Origin: Deltaproteobacteria bacterium
GTDB lineage: Bacteria > Desulfobacterota_D > UBA1144 > Nemesobacterales > CSP1-2
Length of the DNA: 64,000 nt
Assembly (NCBI GenBank): GCA_052390235.1
Contig: JBQTHB010000006.1
Location: 192,001-256,000 of the forward strand
Direction: 5' to 3'
A program made the translations under genes and the position numbers. Positions 29,593 to 41,145 of this stretch are shown here, one piece after another. Every line of letters starts with the position of its first letter. Positions within the stretch are counted from its first letter, which is position 1. The notes beneath the pieces were generated by a model. It saw nothing but the letters and a program-made list of their open reading frames with translations. It searched no databases and was not told the origin of the DNA.

Positions 29593-31068
29593 CTACAGGC
29601 TCTCGACAAAATCGGCGACGTTCTCAAGCCTAATCCCCTCGACGGCGATTTCCGGCGCAACGACGACCTCCTTGGAGTCCCAAATCCGGGTCGCCCGCTT
29701 CTCCCTCGAGATGGCGGTAATATTGCGGAGCAGACTCATGAAGTTATCGCTGATTCTGACCGTGTTAGGTTTTAGAGGCTCGGCGAGCGTTCCGTTCCGA
29801 ATGATGTACGAATCCCCCACGACGGTGCCTGTAAAGTAAGCCCTCGCAAGCCCATAGACCGGATAGAGATACCAGAGCCGCCCGATGTATATCCCGTTTT
29901 CAACCCCCGCAATTATAGCCTCAGAGGGAATCTCTTGAGTTCCTTCAATGATAAAATTTGTGGCGAAGATGGAATTTGTGCGGCGGAAATCCCGTCCTGC
30001 ATCGCCGAATCTAAAACCGTTTCGCGGGGGGAATTTGACGACTTTGGAATTTAGCTTTTCGGCGTAGTAGTGATTTGCCAAGAACCCGACGAGCCTGCCC
30101 TGTAGGATTAAATCCGTCCTTCCGGCGGGGAGTCCCTCGCAGGTAGCCCTCCTGCTTCCGGGCTGAAATTGAGCCGCCCCGTCATCATAGACGTTGAGAA
30201 TAGGGGAGGCGACCTGCGCGCCCAATTTCCCCGCAAAAGGGGAGTTGCCAGAATCTATCGAGGCAAGCGATAGGGCAGATGCAATCATCTCGGATACGAG
30301 CATCGAGACGGCGTTGCTCCCGAAAACGACTCTATACTCGCCTGATTGGATTCTCCTGCCGTGGACGGTTGCCGCCGCGCCCCTCGCCGCCTCGCGCCCT
30401 GCCTCTTCGGGGTGGAATCGGGCAATATGCGTCGCGCTGGCAGAGCCTGTGCCTTTGGCGTCCGCCTCTTCAATCATCGCAGTTATCGAGGCAAAAAGGC
30501 AGGAATTCTCATCCGACGCTTGAACCCCCTGGGTGTTTGCGACCGCCATCCGCTCTTTCAATATAGTTATGTCGCCGCCGACTATTAGGCTCTTTAAGAA
30601 ACCGCGCCCTTTGAATTCGGCAAGCGCCCCCGAAAGCGTATCCCATCCGAGAGCTACAGCCCTCTCATCGTCCAAGTCCATCACCAATGGGTCTGCGAAC
30701 GACTCAGCGCTCGCTTTTTCATCGGGCGGCGATGGGAGGGACTTAAAATTGGGGTCTGCCACGGCGTTGCCCCTTGCTTTTTCGAGCGCAGTCCTGACGC
30801 CTTCGAGCGAGAGGTCGGCGGTTTCGCTTCCGTGTCCGGTTTTAATCCCCTCGGGGGAGTGAAATGCGGCAAACACCGACACGCCGTATCCGGCGATATT
30901 TTTCGGCTCGTGAACCCCGTTGCAGAGGATGTCCGATGTGTAATTTATACGCACGGTTACGTTGTCATTCCACGAGGCATAGACCTCTGCTTCTCTCACA
31001 TCGGCTTGGGATTTCACATATTCAATCCCCTCGCTCACGCAGCGTCTCAAATCGTCAGTAGCAATCAT
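29593..31068 (-). CDS. TldE/PmbA family protein (non-catalytic partner)
   Basis: Lacks HExxGH, has VASPILNVYDDG, EGLPA and GIYI. Adjacent to tldD. Confidence 0.8.
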   Translation of the reverse strand: MIATDDLRRCVSEGIEYVKSQADVREAEVYASWNDNVTVRINYTSDILCNGVHEPKNIAGYGVSVFAAFHSPEGIKTGHGSETADLSLEGVRTALEKARGNAVADPNFKSLPSPPDEKASAESFADPLVMDLDDERAVALGWDTLSGALAEFKGRGFLKSLIVGGDITILKERMAVANTQGVQASDENSCLFASITAMIEEADAKGTGSASATHIARFHPEEAGREAARGAAATVHGRRIQSGEYRVVFGSNAVSMLVSEMIASALSLASIDSGNSPFAGKLGAQVASPILNVYDDGAAQFQPGSRRATCEGLPAGRTDLILQGRLVGFLANHYYAEKLNSKVVKFPPRNGFRFGDAGRDFRRTNSIFATNFIIEGTQEIPSEAIIAGVENGIYIGRLWYLYPVYGLARAYFTGTVVGDSYIIRNGTLAEPLKPNTVRISDNFMSLLRNITAISREKRATRIWDSKEVVVAPEIAVEGIRLENVADFVESL

Positions 31069-31103
31069 TCACTCTCTCCACAAGTTCTGCGACTCAGAAA
31101 AGC

Positions 31104-31131
31104 AGTTTTTAGTAGCTGGTTTCTAGTTATA
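31104..31131. repeat. Heptamer repeat, 4 units
   Basis: agttttt agtagct ggtttct agttata. Confidence 0.55.
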
Positions 31132-31208
31132 AGCATCCGGCGCTCTGCTCCTATTGGCGTTCATAATACCCAATTTGTGGCTAAAGCCGTCCTGCATCAT
31201 GAGCAGCG

Positions 31209-32753
31209 CTACCTTGCCCCGGTAAGCCTCGCCCTGCTTCTCATCGTGGGAGCGCCGTTTCCGACTCTAAGCGCCTGCATCGGGACTCCCTTACCACAGT
31301 TGGGCATCGGCAGGAGGCGAAAATCGCTCCCGACGGCGTCAACGTTGAGCAGATAATCCCTTGAATCCGACATCATTCCGCCGCTCCTGTAGAGGGTCTG
31401 AAGCTCGCCGTTTTTAATCCTATACACGCGCCTCGCCGAGATGCTGAAATTCTCCCTTGACTCGCCGATGGACGGGGTGTGATGCCCGGCGAGATAGTAC
31501 CCGTCGTCAACCTCGCGGATGATGTCCTCGGCATTTGTCTCGCCGGGAGCAAATACCGTGTTCGTCATCCTCACCAGCGGGACAAAGTAGGTATGCGTCG
31601 TCTGCATCGCCCCGTTCGGCTCTTCTCCGAGTATTGCGGCGGACTCTCGGCTGTTGAGAAAACCCCGGAATACCCCGCGCTCGATGTGGGTAACCCGCCT
31701 GCCTTTGACCCCCTCGGCGTCGTATTTATAGAATCCGTAGCCGGGAAGCGAGGTGTCGGAATACGCCGAAACTAGGTCTGAGGCGACTTTGCGTCCGATT
31801 TGGTTTTTGCTAAAACTCCTAAAGAGCCAGCTCCGTCCGGCGTAGGCGGTCTCGGTTTTAAGGGCGCGGTCTGCCTCGCAGGGATGCCCTATGATTTCAT
31901 GCGCCAGAAGGGAGTTATAGTGCGGGTCTGAGACGACGACGACCTCTCTATCAGTAGCCGGGAGCATTTGGGCTTTGGACAGCTCCAGTGTCTCGCGTCC
32001 GAGGTCTAGGGCGAAATCCCGAAATGTCTTTGCGAGGTGATTCTCTCCGTAAAGCCCCTCAATGCCGCATCTGCCGCCGATGTGGTCATAGTTTGCCTCA
32101 TCCCCCACCACTACATAGACAAACCCCTCGGTCAGGGGATAGGTCTGGTCTATAAGCGCCCCTTCGGAGGAGACGAAAAGCTCCCTCGATAGGGCCGTAT
32201 AAATTGACACCATATTAAACCCGCCCGCCCCGCAGAGTTTCTCTAGGGATTCGGAGACGGATGCGGCTTCATGCGTAATCACCCCAAGCGGGGAGTCCGA
32301 TGGGCTTTGCTTGCAAGGGAAAACGACGGTGTCTCTGTGGATTTCAACGGGCATCAGCGATGTTGAATAGAGCGACGAGCCAAGCTCTCTCAGCGCGGAT
32401 TTGGCGCGCGCCTTCATAGAGGCATTGGCAGAGGCGCGCTTCCATGCCTGCTCGATGGCGGATTTTACGACCCCGTCGAGAGTTGCCACATCCGACGCGC
32501 CAAGGTAAGCGGCGAAGTACCCTGGGGCTTTCATTTCGCCGTCTCCGGCAATGACCCTTACGGACAGAGACATCAGGGTTTCTTCCCTGCTCTCTTTGGA
32601 CGCGCCGCTCTGAGCAAGGGCGTATTTGGAGTCGCTTACGCCGAGCCTTAGGTCAAGGTAGGAGCATCCGGGGAGGCGTTTTTGGGAATCCGCGGCAATG
32701 GAGAACATCCTATCTTTTTCGGCTTCAATAATTTCAGTCGAGATTTTCCTCAA
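31209..32753 (-). CDS. tldD: TldD family metalloprotease
   Basis: AHEIIGHPCEAD, YDAEG, VRMTNT, NCGKG. TTG start with a GGAGG SD. Confidence 0.88.
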   Translation of the reverse strand: MRKISTEIIEAEKDRMFSIAADSQKRLPGCSYLDLRLGVSDSKYALAQSGASKESREETLMSLSVRVIAGDGEMKAPGYFAAYLGASDVATLDGVVKSAIEQAWKRASANASMKARAKSALRELGSSLYSTSLMPVEIHRDTVVFPCKQSPSDSPLGVITHEAASVSESLEKLCGAGGFNMVSIYTALSRELFVSSEGALIDQTYPLTEGFVYVVVGDEANYDHIGGRCGIEGLYGENHLAKTFRDFALDLGRETLELSKAQMLPATDREVVVVSDPHYNSLLAHEIIGHPCEADRALKTETAYAGRSWLFRSFSKNQIGRKVASDLVSAYSDTSLPGYGFYKYDAEGVKGRRVTHIERGVFRGFLNSRESAAILGEEPNGAMQTTHTYFVPLVRMTNTVFAPGETNAEDIIREVDDGYYLAGHHTPSIGESRENFSISARRVYRIKNGELQTLYRSGGMMSDSRDYLLNVDAVGSDFRLLPMPNCGKGVPMQALRVGNGAPTMRSRARLTGAR

Positions 32754-32872
32754 CGAAAAAACCTCCGAATTTAGGGGTATAAAATGGACTCGGCACAGCG
32801 CCGCCGGCAGGAGCCGCGCCTCGATGAAACATCACATCGGGCTATGGATTCCAGCGCGCCCCTAGAAACACA

Positions 32873-34450
32873 CTAGTACTGCGCGTTGAGGACGCTAATT
32901 TCTATTTCCTCAGGGGTGAAATTTAGAAACCCGATGCTCACGTCGCGGAATATTTTTTCGCTCTGAGGCGGGAGAATCCCCAGAATTTTTATCCTGTTCG
33001 AGCCAAGCGGATTTCTACTGCCCGTGCGGGAGTAAAAATCCACGCTGAGTTCGATGTTTCTATAGGTGATTCCGCTCCTATTTTCAAGCACGATTTCCTT
33101 GAGTACGCCTATCGTGCCTGTGATTCCGCTTTTGAGTTCAAATTCCTTGACGATAATATCCTGCTGAGGGAACGCCTCTTCCTCTTCTTCATAAACCTCG
33201 ACCGAATCCCTGCTCACGGAGGATTTAAACGCGTCGTCATCTTCCACGGTCAGCGATCCGTCGTCCGCTCCCGATTCGGCGGCTTGGTCTTCTCCGTCGT
33301 CATCGCCTTTGAAAATTCCGACTATGCTCTTGCCGATTCGAGATACCCCGCTTGAGACCCGCCCGACTATACCCGTCTGTTCCTCGGCAAATTCCTCTTC
33401 ACTCAGAGCTTCGGGGGTTTCCGAGTCCCGCGACGCGATTTCTCTCTCGACAAGCTCTCCTTTGGGCTTGGATTTCGCAGACGGCTCGGCGGCGTTGGCG
33501 TCTTTAACGCCTCCGTCTTTGGCGGCTATTTTCTTCTTATATCTATCGGCTAGGGTCTGCTTTTCGGAGGGTGCGCCATCTTCTTCGGCGGATAGAACCG
33601 TTGAAGAGCCTTCGCCAGAGGACTTTACTCTCGTGCCTCTTTTAACCGGAATGCCGTCTTCGGCGATTCTGAATTTCAGCTCTTTTAGTCCTATCTCTTC
33701 GGCGTTTATGACGCTTATGAGGGTGTTTTTCGTATCGGGATGCTTGAATCCAACGTTAATCTCCCTAAAGGTCTTCGTGCTTCCCGCTGGGAGAACCTTG
33801 TGTATGACGGCAACTGATGTGTAGCCCTCTTTGATGCCGAGCTTAGGCCCTCCGACTCCGAGGTTGTTCACCTTGATTTTGATGTCTTTATAATTATTCG
33901 CGCTCGTGTTTTGGAGGGTTATTTCCTTGAGTATGCCCTCGGTTCCGTATTGCCCGGCTTCCCACTGCCAGTTCTTGACCAAAATGAGATCTTTCGGAAG
34001 CGCCGGAGAGCCTGACTCGATGAGTTCGGCTTTGACAACTCTGAGGACGGATTGTCGAAGCTCGGAGTGCATGAGACCGAAGCTGAGATTATAGAAAGTC
34101 TTCTCGGCGCCCGGCTCTATTACGTCTTTAACCGTAGCCCGGAGCGAACCGAGCGGGGCGTTGCCATCGCTGAAGAACTCGGCCTCGATTTCTATGTTGC
34201 TGTAGGTGTTTTTTCCCCTATTCTCGATGGTGATTTCTCTTATGACGCCCGGTCTGCCCATGCCGCCCGACTGCCATTCAAAGCTCTTGACGAAAATCGA
34301 ATTCTTCGGGGTTTCAGGCTTCGGCTTTTTCGGCGTGGCTGAGGACGGAGCGGACAGCAAAAGAGGCAGGAGAAGGGACGCAAACGCGACCACTGCTAAA
34401 GCTCTAACCCCGAAATTGAATTTACCGTTAAATGAAAAAATGTGTGGCAT
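32873..34450 (-). CDS. Exported hypothetical protein with three related beta-rich (FxLYD-like) domains
   Basis: Signal peptide, three copies of GxLxEIxLxNxxxxxYxxIxxxxxF...IxxxxxPGxxKTF, long acidic linker. Confidence 0.7.
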   Translation of the reverse strand: MPHIFSFNGKFNFGVRALAVVAFASLLLPLLLSAPSSATPKKPKPETPKNSIFVKSFEWQSGGMGRPGVIREITIENRGKNTYSNIEIEAEFFSDGNAPLGSLRATVKDVIEPGAEKTFYNLSFGLMHSELRQSVLRVVKAELIESGSPALPKDLILVKNWQWEAGQYGTEGILKEITLQNTSANNYKDIKIKVNNLGVGGPKLGIKEGYTSVAVIHKVLPAGSTKTFREINVGFKHPDTKNTLISVINAEEIGLKELKFRIAEDGIPVKRGTRVKSSGEGSSTVLSAEEDGAPSEKQTLADRYKKKIAAKDGGVKDANAAEPSAKSKPKGELVEREIASRDSETPEALSEEEFAEEQTGIVGRVSSGVSRIGKSIVGIFKGDDDGEDQAAESGADDGSLTVEDDDAFKSSVSRDSVEVYEEEEEAFPQQDIIVKEFELKSGITGTIGVLKEIVLENRSGITYRNIELSVDFYSRTGSRNPLGSNRIKILGILPPQSEKIFRDVSIGFLNFTPEEIEISVLNAQY

Positions 34451-34582
34451 CTGCCTCCTCGCTGTCTAAGTGGATTAAAACGAATGAATAAGACTATATA
34501 TTATCAAACTTTTAGATAGTATCAATTTAAGATTATACACAGAGACGGGACAGGGCGATTTTCCTGCCTTATCGGGGCTAAC

Positions 34583-34611
34583 TTGACAATTAAGACATTA
34601 TATTTTACGTT
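34583..34611 (+). promoter_or_regulatory. sigma70 promoter of rpsU-dnaG-rpoD
   Basis: TTGACA-17 nt-TACGTT. Confidence 0.55.
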
Positions 34612-34648
34612 GTACGTTAAACTTTTAATCCGGTGGAGGAGAGTATTA

Positions 34649-34840
34649 ATGCCAGGAATTGTTGTAGGTAGTAACGAGAGCATTGACAGCGCGCTGAAGC
34701 GTTTTAAGAAGCAGGTCGAGAAAGGCGGTGTGCTTTCCGAGCTGCGCAAAAGGGAATTCTACGAAAAACCGAGCGAAAGAAAGAAGAAAAAGATGTTTGC
34801 CGCCAAAAAGCGCGTCGTAAAGAAAGTGAGAAGATCCTAA
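34649..34840 (+). CDS. rpsU: 30S ribosomal protein S21
   Basis: [12 protein letters not shown]...[17 protein letters not shown] before ATG 34649. Confidence 0.96.
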   Translation: MPGIVVGSNESIDSALKRFKKQVEKGGVLSELRKREFYEKPSERKKKKMFAAKKRVVKKVRRS

Positions 34841-34958
34841 TCCGAGAATTAATATCATCTTAAATTGAATCCGAAGGCGAGCGGTTAATGTGCGCTCCCT
34901 TAGTTGCTTTTATCTTTTCCGTTATTACTAAAGTCAACGGCATTTTTTATTTATTCCA

Positions 34959-36722
34959 ATGCAAGACGCTGCCTACGATTTAGTTATCAAAGAGATAAAA
35001 GGAAGGTTGAGCATTTTAAACCTCGCGGAAAATTACATATCCCTCAAAAAGTCCGGCAGGGGCCATATTGGTCTATGCCCGTTTCACGATGAAAAGACCC
35101 CGTCCTTTCACGTGAACGATGAAAAGGGCATATTTCACTGCTTCGGATGCGGCGCAGGAGGGGACGTTTTCGGGTTCATCATGCGCTATAAAAATATCTC
35201 GTTCCCCGAAGCCGTCGAAGAGCTTGCAAAGCGGGCGGGCATAGTAATTGAAAAGAAAGCCGCCGATACGAGAAAACCGGCAAACGGCGCGCTATTTAAA
35301 ATCAACTCGCTGGCCTCAGCCTTTTATCATGCGAACCTCCTTGAGACCGAAGCCGGAGGGAAAGCCCTCGCCTACCTGGGCAATAGGGGCATTTCATCGG
35401 ATATGATACGGGAATTTCGCTTGGGTTACGCCCCAGCGGCATGGGATGGGCTGGGTAAGTTTCTCGCCTCGAAAAAAGCGCCGATGCCCCTTGCCGAACG
35501 CCTCGGACTCGTGATTAAACGCGCCGGCGGCGACGGGTACTACGACAGGTTCAGGGACAGGATAATTTTTCCGATAACGGATGTCGAGGGGAAAACCGTA
35601 GGGTTCGGGGGCAGGGTTCTGCAGGACGGGCAGGAGCCCAAGTACTTGAATTCGCCGGAATCCGAGATTTACCGCAAGAGAAGCGAGCTGTTCGGGCTTG
35701 ATAAATCCAGAGACCATATACGCAGAGCCGAAATGGCGCTTGTAGTGGAAGGATACATGGATTTTCTCGCCCTCTACGCCTCTGGAATAAAGAACGTCGT
35801 AGCCACTCTCGGCACGTCGCTCACACAGGATCACGCATCTCAAATTAGACGGCACGCCGATAAAGTTCGCATTGTATTCGATGGAGATAAAGCCGGGCGG
35901 GCGGCGTCGCTCAGAGTGCTTGAGATTTTCATCGAACAGGGGTTGTCGCCAAACATGGTTCGGATACCGGAGGGCGAAGACCCGGCGTCGCTAATGGCGG
36001 CGGGAAGGCGTGAGGAATTTGAGCGGCTCTCGAATAACGCCTCGCCTCTCCTCGATTTTTTCATTGAAAAAGCGGCATCGGACTTAGGTATTGGGAAAAC
36101 TACGAGAGCCAAAGCCGCTGAAACCATAGCCGATGTGCTTAGGAAAATGAAAGATGCCGTGGAGAGGAGCCATTACACGAGAAAAACCGCGGAAATCCTG
36201 GGCGTACGAGAAGAGGATATCCTGTCCCTGACTAGAAATAGAGAGAGAAAAGAGAAAATGACGGATTTAAAAGCCCCAAAACAGCCCGACACCACAGAGC
36301 GGTTAATGCTTAAAATCTTAATTAATTTTCCGAACCTCTCGAAATTTCTCCCCCTGAATGATAGATTAATTGACGCCTTCGCCGATGACGAGCTAAAGCC
36401 GATATTTGAAGAAATCACGCTGGGGGGGGTTGGCGATTTATCTTCGCTACTCCTCAAGTTCATCGGGACTCCCACTCAGAGCATGATTTCGGAGATTATT
36501 CTCTCCTCCGACACGGTTAATGAAGAGGCGGCGGCAGAGAGGATGCTAAAGGACTGCGTGAGAAAGCTGAGAAGAAGGAGACTCGAAGACGCATTAAAAG
36601 CGCTGAGGCTTAAAATTGACCGGGCGGTAAACGAAAAAGACGGCACTCTGGAACAAAATCTGATTGCGCAATATAGGGATTTAATGGAGCGAGGCAAAGC
36701 GCTAAAGGGAGAGACGTTATGA
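34959..36722 (+). CDS. dnaG: DNA primase
   Basis: [11 protein letters not shown]...HCFGCG zinc finger, KYLNSPE, EGYMD, FDGDKAG. Confidence 0.97.
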   Translation: MQDAAYDLVIKEIKGRLSILNLAENYISLKKSGRGHIGLCPFHDEKTPSFHVNDEKGIFHCFGCGAGGDVFGFIMRYKNISFPEAVEELAKRAGIVIEKKAADTRKPANGALFKINSLASAFYHANLLETEAGGKALAYLGNRGISSDMIREFRLGYAPAAWDGLGKFLASKKAPMPLAERLGLVIKRAGGDGYYDRFRDRIIFPITDVEGKTVGFGGRVLQDGQEPKYLNSPESEIYRKRSELFGLDKSRDHIRRAEMALVVEGYMDFLALYASGIKNVVATLGTSLTQDHASQIRRHADKVRIVFDGDKAGRAASLRVLEIFIEQGLSPNMVRIPEGEDPASLMAAGRREEFERLSNNASPLLDFFIEKAASDLGIGKTTRAKAAETIADVLRKMKDAVERSHYTRKTAEILGVREEDILSLTRNRERKEKMTDLKAPKQPDTTERLMLKILINFPNLSKFLPLNDRLIDAFADDELKPIFEEITLGGVGDLSSLLLKFIGTPTQSMISEIILSSDTVNEEAAAERMLKDCVRKLRRRRLEDALKALRLKIDRAVNEKDGTLEQNLIAQYRDLMERGKALKGETL

Positions 36723-38329
36723 AGATGAACAGCAAGAAGGGCAAGTACTCAATGGAGAGCAAACCAGCGGGCGTTATTTCCGATGCTTACACTCTGGAGA
36801 CCGATGCGCAAGAAGGCGACTTTGCCCCAATCAGCGGCAACGGCGACGCGGCGGTAGCCTCCGAGAGTTATGACGAATACTCTGCAGAAGGCGCGAAACC
36901 TGAGAAAAACCACGAAGAGCCGCTCTACTCCTCCCCAAGCGACCTGAACAGAAACGGGCAGAGCCTCAGCGAATATGATTTAATCAAATACTACCTCTAC
37001 GAAATCGCCGGATACTCCCTCCTGAGCAGAGAAGAAGAGGTTAAAATCGCAAGGCAAATTGAAAAGGGAAAGAGAATTATCGCCCGCGCCATCGTGAGCT
37101 CTTCGCTCATGCTCAAGGAAGTAATCAACCTCGGCGATAAGCTAAAGAGGGGGATGCTCACCGTGCGCGATATTACCAACTCGGTTGACGATGATTTCGA
37201 TGACGTGGGCGAAGAGGAAACCCTGCTCGGAATCAAGAGGTCAATAAACGAGATTAAGAAGCTCTATCTGGACAACGGCAAGGTGAAGGATAAATTCCTC
37301 ATGGCCTCGGCAAGCGTTAAGAGCCTCTTAAAACAAAAACTCAAGAAAAACAACGAAAAAATCATCTCCTGTTTAGAGCAGATTAACCTGAACAAAAACC
37401 AGATGAGCCGGATGCTTTCCGTAGTAAAAACCTTCATAAATCGAAACGACCAACCCAGAAACCCCCATCACGCAGCCACGTCGGAACCCCAAGTTGTCGC
37501 CCCGAAGAGAAGGGATTCGTCCGCAAAAAACCTGGGCGAGAGCATCCCGAAGCTCAGAACCGCTATCAGGCGAATAGAGCTTGGCGACAAAGAGGCTTAC
37601 AAATCGAGAAAACGCCTAGTGGAGTCTAACCTCCGCCTCGTTGTGAGCATCGCAAGGAGGTACATTAACCGAGGGCTTCCGTTCCTCGACCTCATCCAAG
37701 AGGGAAATATGGGACTCATGAGAGCGGTGGATAAGTTCGAGTATCACCGAGGGTATAAATTCTCGACTTACGCCACTTGGTGGATACGGCAGGCAATAAC
37801 CAGGTCAATCGCCGACCAGTCGAGAATCATCCGAATCCCCGTTCACATGACCGAAACCATCAACAGGCTCATCAGGGTCTCAAGGGCGCTCGTTCAGGAG
37901 CTTGGGCGTGAGCCGTTCCCCGAAGAGGTCGCCGAGAGGGTCGGGATGCCAGTTGATAAAGTCGCCAGAGTGCTTAGGATTTCCAAAGACCCGATTTCGC
38001 TCGAAACCCCCATTGGAGACGAGGAAGACAGCAAGCTCATGGACTTCATTGAGGACTCCAATACCCTCTCGCCAATTCAGGCTTTCCAGATGAACGAGCT
38101 TAAGCAAATCATCGGCGAGGCTCTGTGCTCGGTCTTAAACACCAGAGAAAAGGACATAGTGAAACTGCGCTTTGGAATTGACGAGGATAAAGAACACACG
38201 CTTGAGGAAGTGGGGCAGGAGTTCTCGGTAACCAGAGAGAGAATCCGCCAAATCGAGGTCAAAGCCATCAAGAAACTCAAGCGCGCGAGCAGAACCTTCC
38301 CGATAAAAAGCTACATCGAAAACAGCTAA
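36719..38329 (+). CDS. rpoD: Primary sigma factor sigma70
   Basis: [41 protein letters not shown]. Directly follows dnaG. Confidence 0.93.
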   Translation: MKMNSKKGKYSMESKPAGVISDAYTLETDAQEGDFAPISGNGDAAVASESYDEYSAEGAKPEKNHEEPLYSSPSDLNRNGQSLSEYDLIKYYLYEIAGYSLLSREEEVKIARQIEKGKRIIARAIVSSSLMLKEVINLGDKLKRGMLTVRDITNSVDDDFDDVGEEETLLGIKRSINEIKKLYLDNGKVKDKFLMASASVKSLLKQKLKKNNEKIISCLEQINLNKNQMSRMLSVVKTFINRNDQPRNPHHAATSEPQVVAPKRRDSSAKNLGESIPKLRTAIRRIELGDKEAYKSRKRLVESNLRLVVSIARRYINRGLPFLDLIQEGNMGLMRAVDKFEYHRGYKFSTYATWWIRQAITRSIADQSRIIRIPVHMTETINRLIRVSRALVQELGREPFPEEVAERVGMPVDKVARVLRISKDPISLETPIGDEEDSKLMDFIEDSNTLSPIQAFQMNELKQIIGEALCSVLNTREKDIVKLRFGIDEDKEHTLEEVGQEFSVTRERIRQIEVKAIKKLKRASRTFPIKSYIENS

Positions 38330-38441
38330 CCCTAGGGGTGAATTCGGAGTAATGGGAAGGTAATTAATAATATAGATTGCGCCATTGAAGTCCGGTCGTC
38401 CAGAATCCGGCATGACAGGGAATAAATAGAGAGGTTATCGC

Positions 38442-38906
38442 CTATTTTAAATCCCCGAAGACGAACCCGCCGAGGAAGTCGGCTTTGGACTCTTTGACTA
38501 TCATCCACACGCCGTTCACTTTGGCAAATGCTATCACTTCCTGCGCCAGAAACTCGCCCTCGTCCTTATCCACTTTCACGCGAACCTTTACCTTCTGAAA
38601 CACCTCTATTTGCTCGCCGCGCCTGTAAACGTCCCTATCGAGCGACGAGAGCGCGATTTCATCGAATATAGAGATATTGGCGAGGAACCTCTTTTTAATA
38701 TCCTCCAAGCCCAGATGCTTGCCCTCTGCATCTTCCCTGTAATTGGGGGCTATTAAAGAGAGATATTTCTCAACGTCTCTGGTCTCGAAGGCGTTTTCCC
38801 TAGACGCAAGAACCGCCTCAATGTCGCGCTCGGATGTGTCGGCGCAGGAAAGGGCGGCGGCAAGAGCGAGGCAAATAATAAGGGCGAGAATCGGCAACTT
38901 AGTCAT
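38442..38906 (-). CDS. Lipoprotein with NTF2/SnoaL-like fold
   Basis: Lipobox ALSC, AFETRDVEKYLSLI...KVNGVWMIV. Lies immediately downstream of bamD. Confidence 0.65.
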   Translation of the reverse strand: MTKLPILALIICLALAAALSCADTSERDIEAVLASRENAFETRDVEKYLSLIAPNYREDAEGKHLGLEDIKKRFLANISIFDEIALSSLDRDVYRRGEQIEVFQKVKVRVKVDKDEGEFLAQEVIAFAKVNGVWMIVKESKADFLGGFVFGDLK

Positions 38907-38917
38907 TTTTCCGCTTC

Positions 38918-39727
38918 TCAATTGGTTGAATCTCTCTCCTTTTTTTCTATCTTGGAGAGCAAATCCGAGGCTTCGGAGCGGTATTTCGTGCGTGGAAACT
39001 CATCTACCACGCGGGTCAGGGCTTCGCGGGCAGGGGAGAACTGCTCAGCTTCAAAATAGAACTTCCCCATGAGAAACAGGGACTCCTCAAACACTTTCGT
39101 GTCGGGATAGTTGGTTACGACGCCTCTGAACCTCTCGGCGGCGGCTTTGGGATTATCGCGGCTCGCGTAGTATCTGCCGATGGTAACCTCGCGTTTAGCT
39201 AGGATGTTGCGGCACTCGACGATTTTCTTTTTAACCTCTTCGGCTTCGGGAGCGGCGGGGAATTTATCGAGATAGGCGGTGAAGCGGTTTATAGCCTCCC
39301 TAGTGCTTGTGGGGTCTCTGTCGTAGTCGCGTCTCAGGTTGTAGTGAGAAACGGCGAGGCGGTAGGTGGCGTAGGAGGCCTCTTTGTGGTTCGGATGCCG
39401 GCTTAGAAAAGCCTCGTATTCAATGGCGGCTTGCTCGTATTCTTCTTTTTTGAAATACGCGTCGGCGGCTCTGAGTTCGGCTAGAGTGGCGTAGGAGCTA
39501 TAGGTGTATTTGAGCTGTATGTCCCTGAGGACGGCAAATATCCTCTCGTAATCCGTGCCGCTTAGAAAACCTATCCTACCCTCTTTTTTGGACAACTCCT
39601 TGATTGCTATCTGATAGAGCTGTTCGGGGGATTCTTTGCCCGTGGTTAGTTTCTTGCCCCCACCACAGGAGGAGACGGCTACAACGGCAAAAACGACGAC
39701 GAGAAGAGAGGCTAATTTTTTCATCAT
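38918..39727 (-). CDS. bamD: Outer membrane protein assembly lipoprotein BamD
   Basis: Lipobox VSSC, TPR repeats, DRDPTSTREA, LAKREVTIGRYY. Confidence 0.9.
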   Translation of the reverse strand: MMKKLASLLVVVFAVVAVSSCGGGKKLTTGKESPEQLYQIAIKELSKKEGRIGFLSGTDYERIFAVLRDIQLKYTYSSYATLAELRAADAYFKKEEYEQAAIEYEAFLSRHPNHKEASYATYRLAVSHYNLRRDYDRDPTSTREAINRFTAYLDKFPAAPEAEEVKKKIVECRNILAKREVTIGRYYASRDNPKAAAERFRGVVTNYPDTKVFEESLFLMGKFYFEAEQFSPAREALTRVVDEFPRTKYRSEASDLLSKIEKKERDSTN

Positions 39728-39921
39728 TTTAACATATTAGTAAGGGGCGAGGTCAATGTCAAGCAGGGAAACGCACAGAATCACCGGCGTATTAGGCAGT
39801 GCGCCGAGGTGTCAGGAGGCGGGAGGGTTATTTGACAAAATTACGGCGTCGCTTATTATTAAAACTGAAATTGCGTCCCAAGCCTCATAATTCACAGGAA
39901 AATCCATAGGGTTATTATCTA

Positions 39922-41130
39922 ATGTCTATTTGCTCGATAGAAGAAGCAATAAGTGAAATTCGCAGCGGTAAAATGGTAATTCTCGTTGACGACGAGGATA
40001 GAGAAAACGAAGGGGATCTAGTTATAGCGGCGGAATTTGCGACGCCTGAGATGATAAATTTCATGGCGAAGCACGGGCGGGGACTCATCTGCATCGCCAT
40101 CACGCAGGGCAACGCCGACCAGTTAGGACTCCAGCAGATAAAACCCGAAAACACCCCCGTTCCGCAATACACAGCTTTTACAGTCCCCATTGACGCAAGG
40201 CACGGCATCACCACTGGAATCTCCGCCTATGACAGAGCCTCCACAATAAAACTCGCCATCGCGGACGATTCGAGACCCGAGGATTTCATCCGCCCCGGTC
40301 ATGTCTTCCCCCTCATATCCCGGCCCGGCGGGGTGCTTGTAAGAGCGGGACACACCGAAGGCTCGGTTGACATGGCGAGGCTCGCAGGGCTCAAGCCGGC
40401 ATCCGTAATCTGCGAAATCATGCGCGACGACGGCGACATGGCAAGGCTCCCAGACCTCGAGAAGTTTGCCGCGCATCACGGGATTAAAATGGCGACCATT
40501 GCCGACCTCATAAGCTACCGCCTGCGCTCGGAGAGTTTAGTAAAGAAATCCGCCTCGGCTCACCTCCCCACATCATTTGGCGAGTTTCAAGTCATGGTCT
40601 ATGAGAGCGAAATTGACTCTCAGCATCACGTGGCGCTAGTTAAGGGGGAGATTAATCACGAAGAAGATGTGTTGGTGAGGGTTCACTCCGAATGCCTCAC
40701 GAGCGACGTTTTTGGCTCTATTAGATGCGACTGCGGCCCTCAAATTCATCAGGCTATGCGGATAATCGAAAAAGAGGGCAAGGGAGTAATCCTGTACATG
40801 AGGCAAGAGGGACGCGGCATCGGGCTGGTGAATAAAATCAAAGCCTACGCCCTTCAGGACAGTGGTTTCGACACAGTTGAGGCGAATGAGGCGCTCGGAT
40901 TCAAGCCCGACCTAAGGGATTACGGCATAGGCGCGCAGATGCTCCTCGATTTGGGCATCAGAAAAATGAGGCTTCTGACGAATAATCCGCGGAAAGTAAA
41001 AGGGCTCGAGGGGTTCGGGCTTCAAATCAGCGAGAGAATCCCGATAGAAATTCCGCCCAACGAGAGAAACTCCAAGTACCTTAAAATAAAAAAAGACAAA
41101 CTAGGCCATCTTCTTTCCATGGTGGATTAG
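39922..41130 (+). CDS. ribBA: Bifunctional DHBP synthase / GTP cyclohydrolase II
   Basis: [25 protein letters not shown]...RCDCG, QEGRGIG. Confidence 0.97.
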   Translation: MSICSIEEAISEIRSGKMVILVDDEDRENEGDLVIAAEFATPEMINFMAKHGRGLICIAITQGNADQLGLQQIKPENTPVPQYTAFTVPIDARHGITTGISAYDRASTIKLAIADDSRPEDFIRPGHVFPLISRPGGVLVRAGHTEGSVDMARLAGLKPASVICEIMRDDGDMARLPDLEKFAAHHGIKMATIADLISYRLRSESLVKKSASAHLPTSFGEFQVMVYESEIDSQHHVALVKGEINHEEDVLVRVHSECLTSDVFGSIRCDCGPQIHQAMRIIEKEGKGVILYMRQEGRGIGLVNKIKAYALQDSGFDTVEANEALGFKPDLRDYGIGAQMLLDLGIRKMRLLTNNPRKVKGLEGFGLQISERIPIEIPPNERNSKYLKIKKDKLGHLLSMVD

Positions 41131-41145
41131 CCCCAAGGAGAATTA

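Noticed and set aside
29593..32872. TldD/E as part of a RiPP biosynthetic cluster
   Set aside because: No precursor peptide, YcaO, radical SAM enzyme or exporter is nearby.
39763..39921. FMN riboswitch upstream of ribBA
   Set aside because: RFN consensus motifs are absent and the leader after the TTGACA/TATTAT promoter is too short.
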